Source: the human T2T-CHM13v2.0 reference genome, Homo sapiens
NCBI RefSeq assembly: GCF_009914755.1
Contig: NC_060932.1
Reading direction: 5' to 3' (one strand)
DNA length: 64,000 bases
The position numbers were made by a program, and so were the translations under genes. The notes beneath the pieces were generated by a model. That model was given only the letters and a program-made list of their open reading frames with translations, was not told where the DNA came from and made no database searches. Of the stretch, positions 1-21,133 are shown in pieces (the stretch's first letter is position 1; each line of letters begins with the position of its first letter).

Positions 1-842
1 GAGCAGTCTGGATGTAAGGGACAATGCAAGCTGGAAAACATTTGAGTACCAGCTGTGATTCTGGTGGAGAAAAGGTCGTCATTGCCATTCTTTGAGCAAA
101 GACGTGTCAGAGCAGAAGATTGTTAGAATGCAAGGCAGCTTAGAGCTCATGAGGGTAATCCAAATTGCCATTTTGCAGATAAGGAAATTCCCAGGGCTCA
201 AAAGAAGAAAGAAACATGCTCAAGGTCACACCTGGGGTGACAGAGAGGGAACTTCTTGGCCTCCTGATTTCAAGCCCACTTCTCCTTTCATTTTATCCCC
301 CTGACCATTACAATAAGAGTATCCTAGGAAGGTGGGGGAATGGTGGCAAAGGAGCCCTAACCCCATTCAGGATATTTTTGCTTAAGTCCAGTTGTGAGAG
401 CAATCTTGGCCTGGGTTGGAGTGAAGGCAAAGAAAGTGGAAAAGAATGAAAAAATTTAGGAGATATTTTGAAGCATGATTTAATAGAGACTGGATAGTAT
501 AAAGGGAGGGGAGAAGTTGAAGATAATTCCCAGATGTTAGCTATGATAAAGGAACAATACTGGGGAAAGAGGAGAGATGGTGAGTAATTTGAGGGGAAGT
601 GGATGAGTTTGGTTTACATACATTAAGTGTGAGGTGAGAAAGGTTTTAATAGTCTCCAATATAAAGCTGATTATTTAAACCATGAGGCCATAAATGGTAG
701 GGAGGGAGAAAATAAGGAAAGCGAAATAGTGGGTTAGTAGCTATGCCAACTAGTTTGGATAAAAGAGGGAAGAAAAACTAGTAAAGATGGTATAGAAAGA
801 ATCATCAGAGGTAAGATTTGTCCTGAGAAGTACAATAATTCA

Positions 843-1247
<405 letters not shown>

Positions 1248-1810
1248 GAAGGAAAGAAAGAAAAGAATGATCAACGTAATATGGCTAAAACACTACTAGA
1301 GGGGTACGAATTAGATGCCCCTCAATTATCTGTTTTGTAGTTCATTCATTTGGGGATAACAGCTTTAACAATGATGCAGGGCTGGTCCATTGCTCTGTGT
1401 AGCACTTGGTCAACTTGCCGCTAGCATTACTTTGCTAGGAGCCTTGTTTAGCAATGCCTCATTGAAAATCAGTTGCTCTGGAAATCTTCCTTTTGGAACA
1501 ATTGCATATATCATTATAAAACGGAGTATTATTTCATTTGTGGTAATATTTAACACATTTAACATATTTAAATTAAATAACATTTAAATAAAACATATTT
1601 AAATGTCTAAAAGGATATACATATAGATATATACCAAAATGTTTAATAGTGGTTGTTTCTTGGTGATAGAATTATGATTGTTTTTTCTCCTATTTTTATT
1701 AACAAGATTTTTTTTTAATGATAAAATTACATTCTGAAAATTTATTTTGGATTCCACTGTTCATGGAATTGAAAATGTCTCTGTGACTGCTGGTAGTTAC
1801 AGTGGTTTGA

Positions 1811-2192
<382 letters not shown>

Positions 2193-2201
2193 TGAAATAT
2201 A

Positions 2202-2549
<348 letters not shown>

Positions 2550-3024
2550 TCATCTGTGTATTTTCCAGTGTGGCAGAAATTTGGCAGACTGCAAGAAATA
2601 CTTGTCTTCAGTACCAAATTTGTAAGTTCAGCATAAAATACTCTAAGATTTACACTTTTACAGATGTTGGGAAATAAGTATTTGTAAAAATATATATATT
2701 GTGAAGCCTTGAGAATCATTTTAAAAGGTACTTTTGGAAGAATGATGCTAAAAAGCACATTTGTAAAAGCCTCAACTAGAGTTTCCAAGAAACCTTAGAC
2801 GGAAACATACTTTATATTTCATATATTTTTCTTTGTAGCCCGTATGTATTTCTTGACCTTCCAGAGTACATACAGCACACCAGTTTTAATGATTAGTTAT
2901 CTTTCATTGAGAAACCAGCAAGTTAAAGGGCCCAGACATGCGTAACATCACATAACTCCATAAAGAAAAATTTTTTGTTAATGCCTCTTTTTGTCTTGAT
3001 CTTGTAGATTGGTAAATATTAGTT

Positions 3025-3552
3025 ATATGGTAAGCAGACTTCTAAGATGGCCTCAGCGATCTCACCTCCTGATATCCAGGCCCTTGTGTGATCCTCTCCT
3101 CTGGAATGTGGACTAGACCTACTGACCTGTTCTAGCCAATAGAATAAGGCAAAGCTGATAGACTATCTTTCTGTGATTAGGTTACAAAAGATTGTAACTT
3201 CTGTATTGTTAGCAGACTTTATTACATTTTGGGCTTGCAGTCTTTGAAAAAACAAGTTGCCATTTAGGAGAGCACATATGGCAAGGATCTGAGGATAGTC
3301 TCTAGCCAACAGCTAGTGAGGAACTGAGACTGTCAATCCGATGAGAAACTAAATGCCAACAAATACTGTCTGAGCTAGGAAGTTGAGCTTTCAGATGAGA
3401 TCTCATCCGTAGCCAACACCTTGATAGCAGCACTGTGAGAGAGACTCTGAAGCAGAGGACCTAGATCCCTGACCTACGAAATCTGTGAAACAATATGTGT
3501 AATTTTAATCACTGAGTTTTGCAATTTGTTATATAGCAATAAATACCTAATA
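3025..3552 (+). mobile_element. MaLR solo LTR (MLT1-like)
   Basis: MLT1-like motifs (TCTAAGATGGCCTC..., CAGCTAGTGAGGAACTGAG, terminal AATTTGTTATATAGCAATAAATACCTAATA). Confidence 0.7.
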
Positions 3553-3695
3553 GGAGCAATGGAAAATTCCCTTAAGGAGAGGTTTATTCAGAAAATTGGG
3601 ACATTATTCCTATTTTTATAGGACATTTCAAATGGAAACTCAGAGGAGAGAAAAGAAAGTGACTACAGGAAGCTTAGTTAAGCAAGTATATATTG

Positions 3696-3696
<1 letters not shown>

Positions 3697-3740
<44 letters not shown>

Positions 3741-3747
3741 ATCTATC
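3697..3747 (+). repeat. (TCTA)n tetranucleotide microsatellite
   Basis: About 11-12 tandem TCTA units. Confidence 0.95.
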
Positions 3748-4019
3748 AGAAGCGGCAAGCTGTAGAATCAATACAAACAAAACCCTTTTGGTTATGGATG
3801 AAGCAGTCTCTATTCAAGGTATCCTGTAACCTGAAGATGATCATTTCATTGGGAGCTTCTGTAGAAGATACTAAGAGCCCTCTAAGGCCATGATGTACAC
3901 AATATGAGCCCTAATAATAAGTGATTTTTAAAAAATAATTTAGTAACTGATTTATGTAATTTATTATATATTGTATTTTATAAATATAAATGATTATTAC
4001 ATAGATTATATATAAAACA

Positions 4020-4330
4020 ATCCATGGTATTTCTTCTGCGTTCCAGACCTATGCATCCAACTGGCTGCTAGACATTCATTCCACCTGGATATAAATGTCC
4101 TGGAGGCATTGAAAACTCAAGCTGTCAAAACTGAACTCATTTCCATCCTTCACAAATCTGATAGACTTTCTCTAGATCCTGTCTTGCTCACAGTTCACCC
4201 TACTACAGATGTAGAGCCTGAGAGCCATCTCCAGTACTCTCACATATTAATACTAGTCACCAAACCATGTCCACTTAATCTCAGCATGACTTTCAAATCT
4301 AGCTTTCTCTCCACGTCCCCATCATTAACT
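4020..4330 (+). mobile_element. L2 LINE fragment
   Basis: L2-like TCCAACTGGCTGCTAGACAT...TCCACCTGGAT...AAAACTGAACTC. Confidence 0.55.
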
Positions 4331-4571
4331 AACAACAGATGTGAAAGGACTTTGTGAAGTTCTATTTTTAAAAGTTATATTAATTTTAATACACAAAGAT
4401 TTTCTCAAGTTCTATTTTTACAGTTCTATTATGTTTAATATAGACTCTTTTCTAAAATGGTTCACTTGCACTCATCACTAGAGGATCAAATTGAAATAAA
4501 TATAACATGTGAGATGTGGCTATAAATTAAGGATCTCAGCTGAAAATCAGTTTCATTACCTTAAAGACGCA

Positions 4572-4856
4572 TTTTTTTTTCGAGATAGGGTCTCTGTCAC
4601 TCGGGCTAGAGTGTAGTGGTAGGATCACAGCTTACTGCAGCCTCGACCCTCCGGGCTCAATAGCTCGCTCACCTCAGCCTCCCGAGTAGCTGGGACTACA
4701 GGTGTGCTGCAATGCCCGACTAATTTTTGTATTTTTTATAGAGATGAGATTTCACCGTGTTGCTCAGGCTGGTCTTGAACCCCTGGGTTCAAGCAATCCA
4801 CCTGCCTCGGCCTCCTAAAGTGCTGGGATTTCAGGTGTGAGCCACTGCACCCAGCC
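4572..4856 (-). mobile_element. Alu (AluJ-type)
   Basis: Diverged reverse Alu dimer. Confidence 0.88.
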
Positions 4857-5587
4857 TAAAGACACATTTAATATTATACCTTAAAGTAAAAAGATTTTAC
4901 CTTAAAGTGAAAAGAAGCTTTCTGAAAAGTATTTTGTAAACATTGCCGCTAGCACTCTAATTTAAGTAACGTTTTATCTCAATTTCTGTAACATTTATTG
5001 TCAATAGAGTCTAAAATTTTAGTTTGAGTTTTCAGGTAGCATTTGCAAGACATGCACATACAATTTTAGAAAAAGTTTAGATTAGGTTTCAGGAACAGTT
5101 CCCTGCTTATGTTTTAGGAATTTCAAAAAAACTGTCTTTTGTACCAGAGATGGGGAACCTCTGGAGATTCAAGACCAAATTTGCTTCAGTTTATCAGGCC
5201 AATAATAAGTTCAGCAAAAGTTTAATTAGTTTGTGATGGATAGGGGCTAAGAGTGAAACTCAGCAATGTAATATACTCTATCCTCATATCTTTCAAAATA
5301 AAATAAGTGAAAACATGTTATATATCTGTATACCTCTATTTAATTGCTTCACTTTTTGGTTCCTGTTTGCTTTTTTTGGTAAGCTCATTTGAAAAGAGTT
5401 CCACTCCTCCATGATTGTTTTTGTAAGTGGCTGGTGCTTTTTTAATAGTAGTGTGTCCTTTTATATATTTCTACAGTAGTGATCCTTTATAGAATAAGGC
5501 TTTTTTTTACTCCTATTTTAAACCTCTTAAGAAGTTTCGGTAAAAAGTACTTATTTTTATAATGATCTCACAGTGTAACAAAAGTCA

Positions 5588-6114
<527 letters not shown>

Positions 6115-6184
6115 CTAAAAATGCAGTATATTGTTGATGTTTCTGAAAAGCAAAAAAAATATGTGCAGTAAGTTATTTCTTTTC

Positions 6185-6680
6185 TGAACAGATATTTATG
6201 GGTTGACTGCCAGGTGCCACTGCTTAAGGTGCTGGGGATACAAAGGTGAGTTAGAACAAGTCCCCACCCCCATGGAGCTTACATTCTAGAAAGGGGAGAC
6301 AGACTAATAAATCAAGCATCCAAATAATTTGAGATTGCAGTAAATTCTGTGAAAGAAAGAAATAGAGTGTAATGAAATTGTGTAACTGGGGTAGGGAGGA
6401 AGAAGGGAAGGAGAAAGGTATTTCCTTGAGATGAGGGAGATGGGCATTTGAACTGAGACAAGAATGAGGAGCCAGGTGTGTGAGAGCCTGCAAGGAAGTG
6501 TTCCAGGTCCAGAAAGCAGCCACTGTGAAGGTTTGGAGTGGGGAAGAGCTGGGTGAGCATAAGGACCCAGAGGACAGTGTGGGTGGAAGACAGTGAAGGA
6601 GTGGGAGAATGGGTGAGAGGAAAGTAGGAATCAGATGTAAAGGGCCTTTTGGTCACAGTGAGAAATTTGGATTTTGGTAT
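6185..6680 (-). mobile_element. L2 LINE 3' fragment
   Basis: Reverse L2 end motifs (GTGCTGGGGATACAAAGGTGA..., ATGGAGCTTACATTCTAG). Confidence 0.65.
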
Positions 6681-7207
6681 TAATATGTCATAGTATTTAA
6701 CTCATAAGGCAGAATGTAAATTTTCCTTTTGTTAACAGGAAAAAACTAACTTTATTGTATGTATTATATTTAGAGTTTGAAGGAGAGAGCAGTTGCTACT
6801 TTATAAGATGAAAAAATACTGTTTTTGTAGTGTGATATTAGTGTAATTAATAGTATTAAGGATGCCCTTAGAAATATAAGCAGGAGGGTCTTGAGAACTT
6901 GGAAATATATTTCAACTTGTGTTCCCAATTGTCAGATTCAATATAGCTGTTGTTTTAGTTTTGCTTTCTGGTGTAGGTAAGGCATGTGTTAATTATTTTC
7001 AGATCTTGGGATAACTAGAAGTCTATAATGTTGATGTCTGTCTATATGAATTACCATTTCAACATTCCATAGTTTTAAGTGATGTAGTGTTTACCTTAAA
7101 TATTAAGACTAGTTAGACTCATAATCTTCCCTAAAAAGTGGTGTTCATTTGTAATTCTGACATCAGTGGCCTATCAAGGTAACTTTCTTCAAGCTACAGA
7201 ACATTTC

Positions 7208-7378
7208 ACTTTTTTCTTTTCTCCCCTTCCTTCCTCCCTCCCTCCCTCCCTTCTTCCTTCCTTCCTTTTCTTCCCCCTCCTCTTCCTCTTCTTTTCTTCT
7301 TCTCCTTCTCCTTCTTCTCTTTCTTCTCTTTCTTCTTCTTCCTCTCTCTCTCTCCCTCCCCTCCCCAACTCTTCTTTT
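7208..7378 (+). repeat. Polypyrimidine (CT-rich) low-complexity tract
   Basis: About 170 nt, almost purely C/T. Confidence 0.9.
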
Positions 7379-7485
7379 TATAAAACTTTTACCCCCTTTC
7401 CTAGAGTGCTGATACAGAACCTTTCAGATGGCTGTACTTATTCAACATGATGTGTCCTCACATATAAGATCACATATTAATTTCT

Positions 7486-7804
<319 letters not shown>

Positions 7805-9563
7805 TTAATTTATTCGCCTAGTTTGTGTTACTTTATTTTCTAAGCCCAGAACCTTAAGATAGCTTCAATTATACTGAAAAGATATGCAAGAAATGATAGA
7901 TGGATTATATAGGAGTTGAAGTAAAAAGTTAAAGCTAATTCTATATGTGTTTTAAAGGACTTATTTAGCAACATCAATGATACACAGAATAAATTCAACT
8001 GAATTTAAGAATGGAGTATGAAGTAGCAAGTGCTAGGAACAAAAATGAATCATATAAGTTAAACATTTATTTGGAGATGAATTTATACCGACTGATTTTT
8101 CAGGAAGGTAAGTAGTTTAAAGTAACAACTATCAATGGTAAACATATTTATAGTTGTACAATAGGTACATATAATAATCCTCTGAAATCTAATATAAAGT
8201 CTAAACCAAGATTTATTGTAGACAATATACTTTTTAAAGCATATGACTCTTAGGTTTTGAAAAGCACAACTGTAGTTCATCAAAATGTGCCCAAGGCACA
8301 AATACCATTTTACTCAGTCATTAGAAACTTTAGCATAATTGCTTAGTATAATCCAAAGAAAATATGAGCATTGACATCAGGGACTCTCCAATTTGTTAAG
8401 CAGTTGTTCCATAATTTTTGGCACCAAGATAATCCACATGTTGAAAAAGCAATTAATCATTGGTGTTAGTTATCAAGCTATGATTTTAGCTGTTTCCTCC
8501 CAAATGACCTGAAATGATAGAGTTCCTGATTTTATTTTTGTAATATTATTTCTGAGATCAAAAGTTTAAGTATGCCAATCTGGTCACAGTTGACCTGAGT
8601 TTCTTGTGTTATTAGATTTCTAAAGTACGTTATAACTTTATGTTTACAAAGATAAATGGTATTTCTTCTGGTAGTATATAGATAAAAATTTTAGAAACCT
8701 TTAGAAACCTATAGACTGATTATCTCAGAAGTAGTTACTTAAACTAGCATTTTGGCCCCAAGAAAGTAAATTTATTTGCTGTTGGAGCTTGTACTGAAAA
8801 TAGGCCAAAATGACAGAACACACAACTAGACTTGCAATTTTCTAACAAGTATTTTATGAATACAATGGCATAGATACATCGATTATTAAACAGTGAATGA
8901 CATTATGATCTCATTATAATTTAAACAGAATTATATTTTATAAGAATGAGCAAAAATAAAAGCTGTCATTCTGTGTAGTGTATCTTCCTGTCTTCAAAAC
9001 TAGAACAAAAAACCACATTACTCACCATATAGGTATATTAAGTTATAGTTAAAACAATCCATAAATATAGAAACCTTGGATACTTAACAATCTGTGTTCA
9101 GTTGAGTTTACTCAGCTACATGTGGATACAGTGCAGACTTAGTAATATAAATGAACTCTTCTCTGCATGCATGGCTTGTGCATCTGTACCTCATCACTCA
9201 CAGAACAGTTTTTGGAAACTTTGAAACTCTGCAATATGCAGCACACCTACCCTCCAACAGTTTCTCTGATTCACTGTAAAGTTCCTTATGCTCCTGCTCT
9301 CTTCTGTGTTTATTTTTAAGTGGCTGCTCTGTGGGGCAGTTTATTCTATTGTGCAATGCAGTGATTTTTCAAAGTCCTGAATACAAGGTAGTCATACTAA
9401 TTTGTGACAACAATCTTCAGACTTGATCCCTCTAACAGAGCACATGATGTTTGGTCTCAGAGCTTATTTTCCAAATTGAGAAACAATGGAGCGCAAACAG
9501 CTATTCTTCCCCTATTGGCTTTTTTGTTCTTGGCAGTACTTGCGTGGTGTGTTGTTGTTAATC

Positions 9564-9573
9564 AATAAATAAA
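9564..9573 (+). terminator. Overlapping AATAAA signals ending the candidate pseudogene
   Basis: AATAAATAAA overlaps the TAA stop (9566-9568) of the terminal exon-like block. Confidence 0.5.
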
Positions 9574-10605
9574 ACGTGCAGATTGAAGTATTCATATAAC
9601 TGGACAGTGTAACATAAAATGGTATTACAGGCATATTGTACATGTCAACAATATATATAAGGTCATGGTGTTGACTTTTTGGAACTAGGACCTTGAGATA
9701 TTAAAGCAAGCTGGAAAATTTGGAACATCCTTGATTCTGGTATCTCACTGTCCTCCTTAACTGGCTCCAATCCCCATTCCATATCCAGTGACTTCTCACT
9801 CCATCTCTGTTCCAGCCTGGGCTTCTAGTCCTGCTGTGGCTCATTTTATTACTTGAACATTGGGATTTTTTATGATAATTGACATTTCCTGTATATTATC
9901 ACCAAAGAGCTTTGGAAATTATCTCTGAAAAATTTGAAACTGAACAAAAAACAGACTTCACTTGGGAAAAATGGCCTTTTCAACTTTAAGTAGCTCAAGG
10001 CTGTAAGACAATGCTTTGCAGGAGAAGGCAACCCCAACTTAGTTTAGTCAACCCCAACTTAGTTTCTAAATGGTGGCTGCAAATTGAACCCTGATTTCCT
10101 AAAAGCTCAATGTTATAAACTGAACACTAATACTAAAAGTAATCATGAAAATAGATTAAAATGTAAAGAAGTGCTTAAAAATATTTGTAAAGGATCTCTT
10201 TAGTAAAGTAGCTACATTAAATGAAATGCAAATGCCTCACTCTGGGGCTGTTATTGCCTGGGCTGGGTGGTTGCTTGAGGGGACATTGGTGGTTGTGTCT
10301 GTGGCATCAATTGACCCACTGCTTGTGCATTTTGGTTTATTGTCCCTATTCCCAGCTCTAGAAGTAGCCCTTAATTGATCTCAGCAGTTGCTATATGTAA
10401 TCCCAGAGGTGGGCTCATGACCTGTTAGGTCAATCAGAGTGAAGTCAGAATCTTTTTTTTGACAATGAGCTAATATATTCTTTTTAAGTTACTTTTTTGT
10501 TTTGTTTTGTGGTTACTTCCAACCAAGGAATCATTACTGAAATACTGACGCTTCTCAAAATGAGTCCAATGAAATTAGGACTGAAAAGCTTTCTTTCCCT
10601 GGTAA

Positions 10606-11203
<598 letters not shown>

Positions 11204-11407
11204 TTGGAATGAAAACTGCTAATATGTTTTCATGGTGACTTCAATGACTCCTTACTTTTTCATGTCAAAACCTTAACCATTTATTCATGTCTGTGAGAGA
11301 AACCTCAATTCATTTGTTTTCCGAGAATGACTCAATATGATGCTGGTGTTGCTATATCTATCTGTGGCAGTAACTGCAGATCTTGGCTGTTCTTTGGAGG
11401 CAGAAAT

Positions 11408-12176
<769 letters not shown>

Positions 12177-12419
12177 TGATTCAGTCTTGGGCCCTCTTCT
12201 CATTCTTTATTCTCCAAGGGTTATCTCATTTGCTGTCATCTAGGCTTTACTGCCAAATCTCTCAACAGGAAGCTCTTAGAAAACACAATCTAGTACATTT
12301 TTGCTCTGTTTAAAACTCTCTAACTCCCTAATGCTGTTAGGATAAACTCCAGAATGCCACCGCAGGATCTACCCTGGTCCTACCTCTGAAGTCATCTTGT
12401 CACTCCCCAAGTCCTACTG

Positions 12420-12435
12420 ACATATATACATATAT

Positions 12436-12510
<75 letters not shown>
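12420..12510 (+). repeat. (TA)/(CA)n compound microsatellite
   Basis: Long CA run flanked by TA/TACA units. Confidence 0.95.
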
Positions 12511-12511
<1 letters not shown>

Positions 12512-12807
12512 TTTTTTTCAGACAGGGTCTCACTCTGTCACCCAGGCTAGAGTACAGTGGTGCGATCACGGCTCACTGCACCCCCAACCCCCTGCCACTG
12601 GCTCAAGCGATCCTCCCACCTCAGCCTCCCAAGTAGTTGGGACCACAGGCGCGCACTACCACACCTGGGTATTTTTTTGTACTTTTAGTAGAGATGGCGT
12701 TTTGCCATGTTACCCCAGGCTGGTCTCGAACTGCTGAGCTCAAGCAATTCTCCTGCCTCAGCCTCCCAAAGTGCTGGGGTTACAGGCGTGAGCCACCATG
12801 CTTGGCC
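12511..12807 (-). mobile_element. Alu (AluJ-type)
   Basis: Reverse Alu dimer. Confidence 0.88.
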
Positions 12808-13575
12808 CTACTTACCAATCTTAAGTCTAACTGAATCTCATTTCCTTGAAGGTTCTAGGTTCTTGCTTTCTACCTCTGAGCTTCTACACACTGCTGTACT
12901 CCCTGCCTGTAATAGTAACCACCTCCCTGTTACTCTCTTCTGGCTAATCCTTTCATGTTTCAACTTAATGGTCAGGCCACATCCTTCAGGAAGCCAACTT
13001 TGCTAACCCCTCTTGAGGACATGCATTCCTCCCCATGAGTCCCCAACACACTTTATTTCTCCCCTCACAGCAGTATCTTTAAGTTCTTGTTAATTAAGCT
13101 TTAGCCTCCAGAAGTTCTGTGAGGACAGTGGCCATGTCTAGCTTGTTCAGCATATTTCCAGAGAGTAACAGTCACCAGCTCAGGAAAGGTATGTGATGAA
13201 TATTTGAAGGACTAGATACCCTGTGCTAGGCTGTCTCTAATAAGTATTTGATTTTCAGGAAAATAATTTATGGTACTACTCAGCTAATGTTTTGTAGGAA
13301 CATTAAAAGTGTTCCTAATACATTATTAAAATAATGAACTGTTAAATTATATTTTACTTACAGACAGTCAAAAGAAGGGACAAATTGAAAAGTGGTTCTG
13401 ACAATCAGTATGGCAAGTGAAATGCTGAAATTGACTAATTTAGATAGTCTAAACTTAAAAATAGAAAGTTCTAATAAATATATTTTCTCTCATATTCAAG
13501 AACCGTAATGGATACTAGAAAAATATTGCGAATCTTCCCACAAAAAAATCAAAGGACAATTTCATTTTAAAGAGC

Positions 13576-13581
13576 TTTATT
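13576..13581 (-). terminator. COPS5: COPS5 polyadenylation signal AATAAA
   Basis: TTTATT on the + strand, about 135 nt past the stop; U/GU-rich sequence downstream on the minus strand. Confidence 0.85.
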
Positions 13582-13713
13582 ACAGGATATTAATATTTAG
13601 GACACTTCAGAGCACCTTATACTTCTAATCAGATTTTGGGTAACTGGTTTTAAAGTGTTACTTGAATATTTTTCTCATACTGTCTTTCAGGTAAAGTACT
13701 TCTCAGAGACTGT

Positions 13714-13827
<114 letters not shown>

Positions 13828-14532
13828 TCATAAATTGAAAACTATTTCAAACACACAAGATCAGCCCCAATCCATCCATGTAACTCCAATGAGTTTAGTT
13901 TTATTCATACTTCTCAAACCACCCCAATCTGAAGTTTTCCCTTGTGATTTTATTAGTCTTCCCCATGTCTTTTTGACCATTTCATTACTTACTAGAACTT
14001 TCACAAGAGAATGACAACGTAAAATTTGATACAATTGTTCTGTTTTAGAAGGTGAGTAAAATTATACAAACCTGTAATTAGAGATTGATTCTAATATTAT
14101 ATTATATTAAAATCTGTTATTCCTTGTTTATTACTTAGGATAATTTGACAAATAATTTTAAAGAATACTATGCTTTTTTCTGAAATAATCACAAGCATCC
14201 TCCAACAATCAGAAGTCAAACTTAGGTTAGCGGGTGAAGGCCTTAGATTTTAGAAATGATAAAAAGTATAAGGCAAAAGAAATGACAAAACCCCACCAAT
14301 ACTCAGAAGAGATGCAATTCTTGTAAAGCTACCCCAAAAAGGAAAATTCTCTACTTTTGATTACTACTTCTGTTCTATTTCTTATATAATTGAAGACATT
14401 GCCATAGTAAAATTTTTGCTTCATAATTAATAAATGTAGATAAACTGATAAATGACATACATAAAGACAGATGAACAAAACACACACTCAAAGCAAGTAT
14501 CTAAAATGACTCCTGATGCCAACGAAAAATAC

Positions 14533-15955
<1,423 letters not shown>

Positions 15956-16291
15956 TTACACACACATACACACACACACACTTTAAAGATCCACTTAAGG
16001 GCTGCTTTTGTCACACTTTCTAGTTGAACCTAGAAAAGGTGACTGGGAGTGTTCCGTAACACTGCTTAGAACTTTGATTTAAGCCTTTTCATGTTCTTAC
16101 CTGAGGTATCCTAAATTTTCAAAGTTAAAACTTGTGTCTGACAACTCCTAAAGTTTCCAAGAAGTTAATATTCAGGTACCATTCTAAGTTGTAACTAACT
16201 TGAGCCATAAGGAATCTGAATACTACTATTGTTTGCAAATTTTGAAAGAAAAAGAGTTAGGGGCAACAGGAATCTTATAGATTTACTCTTA

Positions 16292-16537
<246 letters not shown>

Positions 16538-16991
16538 TCATTTGCAAAGAATTCCACTGTAAAATCTGAGTGAATAGTCAGTGAGGAGAGAAGTCAAATT
16601 ACATTTGCAAATCTGCTTCCAAATTCAGGCAGTTCAAGTGTAGATAGATGTTTTCCCTTTTATAATTTCAAGATTACTTGGAATTTTTCTCCTTGACTGC
16701 TTAAATCTAATTATTTGTTATTATGGCAGGCTTTGAAGTATACAGACCTAAGTCCAGGTTCTGGAACTATGGCATATTAGTTGAAGGCCTGAGGTATGCC
16801 TCCAGGTTTTCTTCTGAAAATGGTAAGGGAGTCGATAATTCCTACCTTAGAGCTACTGTGAAAGTTAAATGAAGTAATGCATATAAAGTTTTTGGGACTG
16901 TTCATGACACCTAGTAAAGGCTTAGTAATATTAGCTAATTTTGCTATTGTTTTTGTGGAACTTTCAGAATTAGTACTTATGACAATATTTA

Positions 16992-20021
<3,030 letters not shown>

Positions 20022-20482
20022 TTACTTTTGTGCCTCCATATTCTGGGAGAATAATTCTTTATCTCTAACTTTCACATTAACTGGTTGAATCCACCTTTTC
20101 CTTGAAAGCTCAATCCAACAACTACTGTTGCTTGCAATGCTTTACCTTGAGATTTTTCTGGAAGCGTAATGCCTCCTTTGGTTACAGTTTCAGCTGTACT
20201 CCTTTCAACCAATACTCCATCAAAGAGCATAAGAAACTTCTAAGTGCCGGTCCTGCTATGACTCCTGCTGCTGTAGCTCATATTCTCCAAACCCAGTTTA
20301 TTTAATTCTAAATCCTGTGGTTCTAACCACTATATATACTGCAGTATATGAAATGGCCTACTTTTTTAGAAAAATAAAAAAATTGTTCCTAAGTTCTAAA
20401 TATAGAGAAGTTTGTTAAATAATATCCTACCAAATATGTTAAGTTTTTATGATATTATCAGAAAAAATTCAGTGATACTCTC

Positions 20483-20781
20483 TTTTTTTTTTTTTTTTTG
20501 AGACGGAGTCTCACTCTTTCACCTAGGCTGGAGTGCAGTAGCGCGATCTCGGCTCACTGCAGGCTCTGCCCCCCGGGGCTCATGCCATTCTCCTGCCTCA
20601 GCCTCCCGCGCAGCTGGGACTACAGGCGCCCACCACCTCGCCCGGCTAATTTTTTGTATTTTTAGTAGAGACGGGGTTTCACCGTGTTAGCCAGGATGGT
20701 CTCGATCTCCTGACCTCATGATCCGCCCGCCTCGGCCTCCCAAAGTGCTGGGATTACAGGCGTAAGCCACCGCGCCCGGCC
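20483..20781 (-). mobile_element. Young AluY (AluYe-like)
   Basis: CpG-rich; reverse complement shows CCCCGGGGGGCAGAGCCTGCAG and GGGCGAGGTGG, which I recall as AluYe5 diagnostics. Confidence 0.8.
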
Positions 20782-21021
20782 TCTTTTTTTTTCTCCTAGT
20801 ATCTACTGCTTTAAAGTAATGCTCTTCTGATTCACTCTGGGAACCTCTCCTCCCCATTTTTAGTCCTTGAGCTCCTGAAGGAGTTTTCTACGCTGCGGCT
20901 CAGCAGTAAAGCACTTGCCGTGGCGCAAGCCGCTCATCAAGCTTATTCAGTTGGCCCACACCAGGCCTAAACATGGGCATGTGATTAAGTAAAGCCAGTC
21001 AGACACAATGAAGTTTTGCCC

Positions 21022-21032
21022 GGAAATATGTG

Positions 21033-21065
<33 letters not shown>

Positions 21066-21092
21066 ATCTTGACCTGGAAATATGTGAGTGTG

Positions 21093-21123
<31 letters not shown>

Positions 21124-21133
21124 ATCTTGACCT
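21022..21133 (+). repeat. Two tandem copies of a ~55-bp unit containing (GT)n
   Basis: GGAAATATGTGAGTGTGAG(TG)nTATCTTGACCT at 21022 and 21076. Confidence 0.92.

Noticed and set aside
9872-9901. Short inverted repeat TGATAAT...ATTATCA
   Set aside because: A 7-bp AT-rich stem is expected by chance; no snoRNA or miRNA hallmarks
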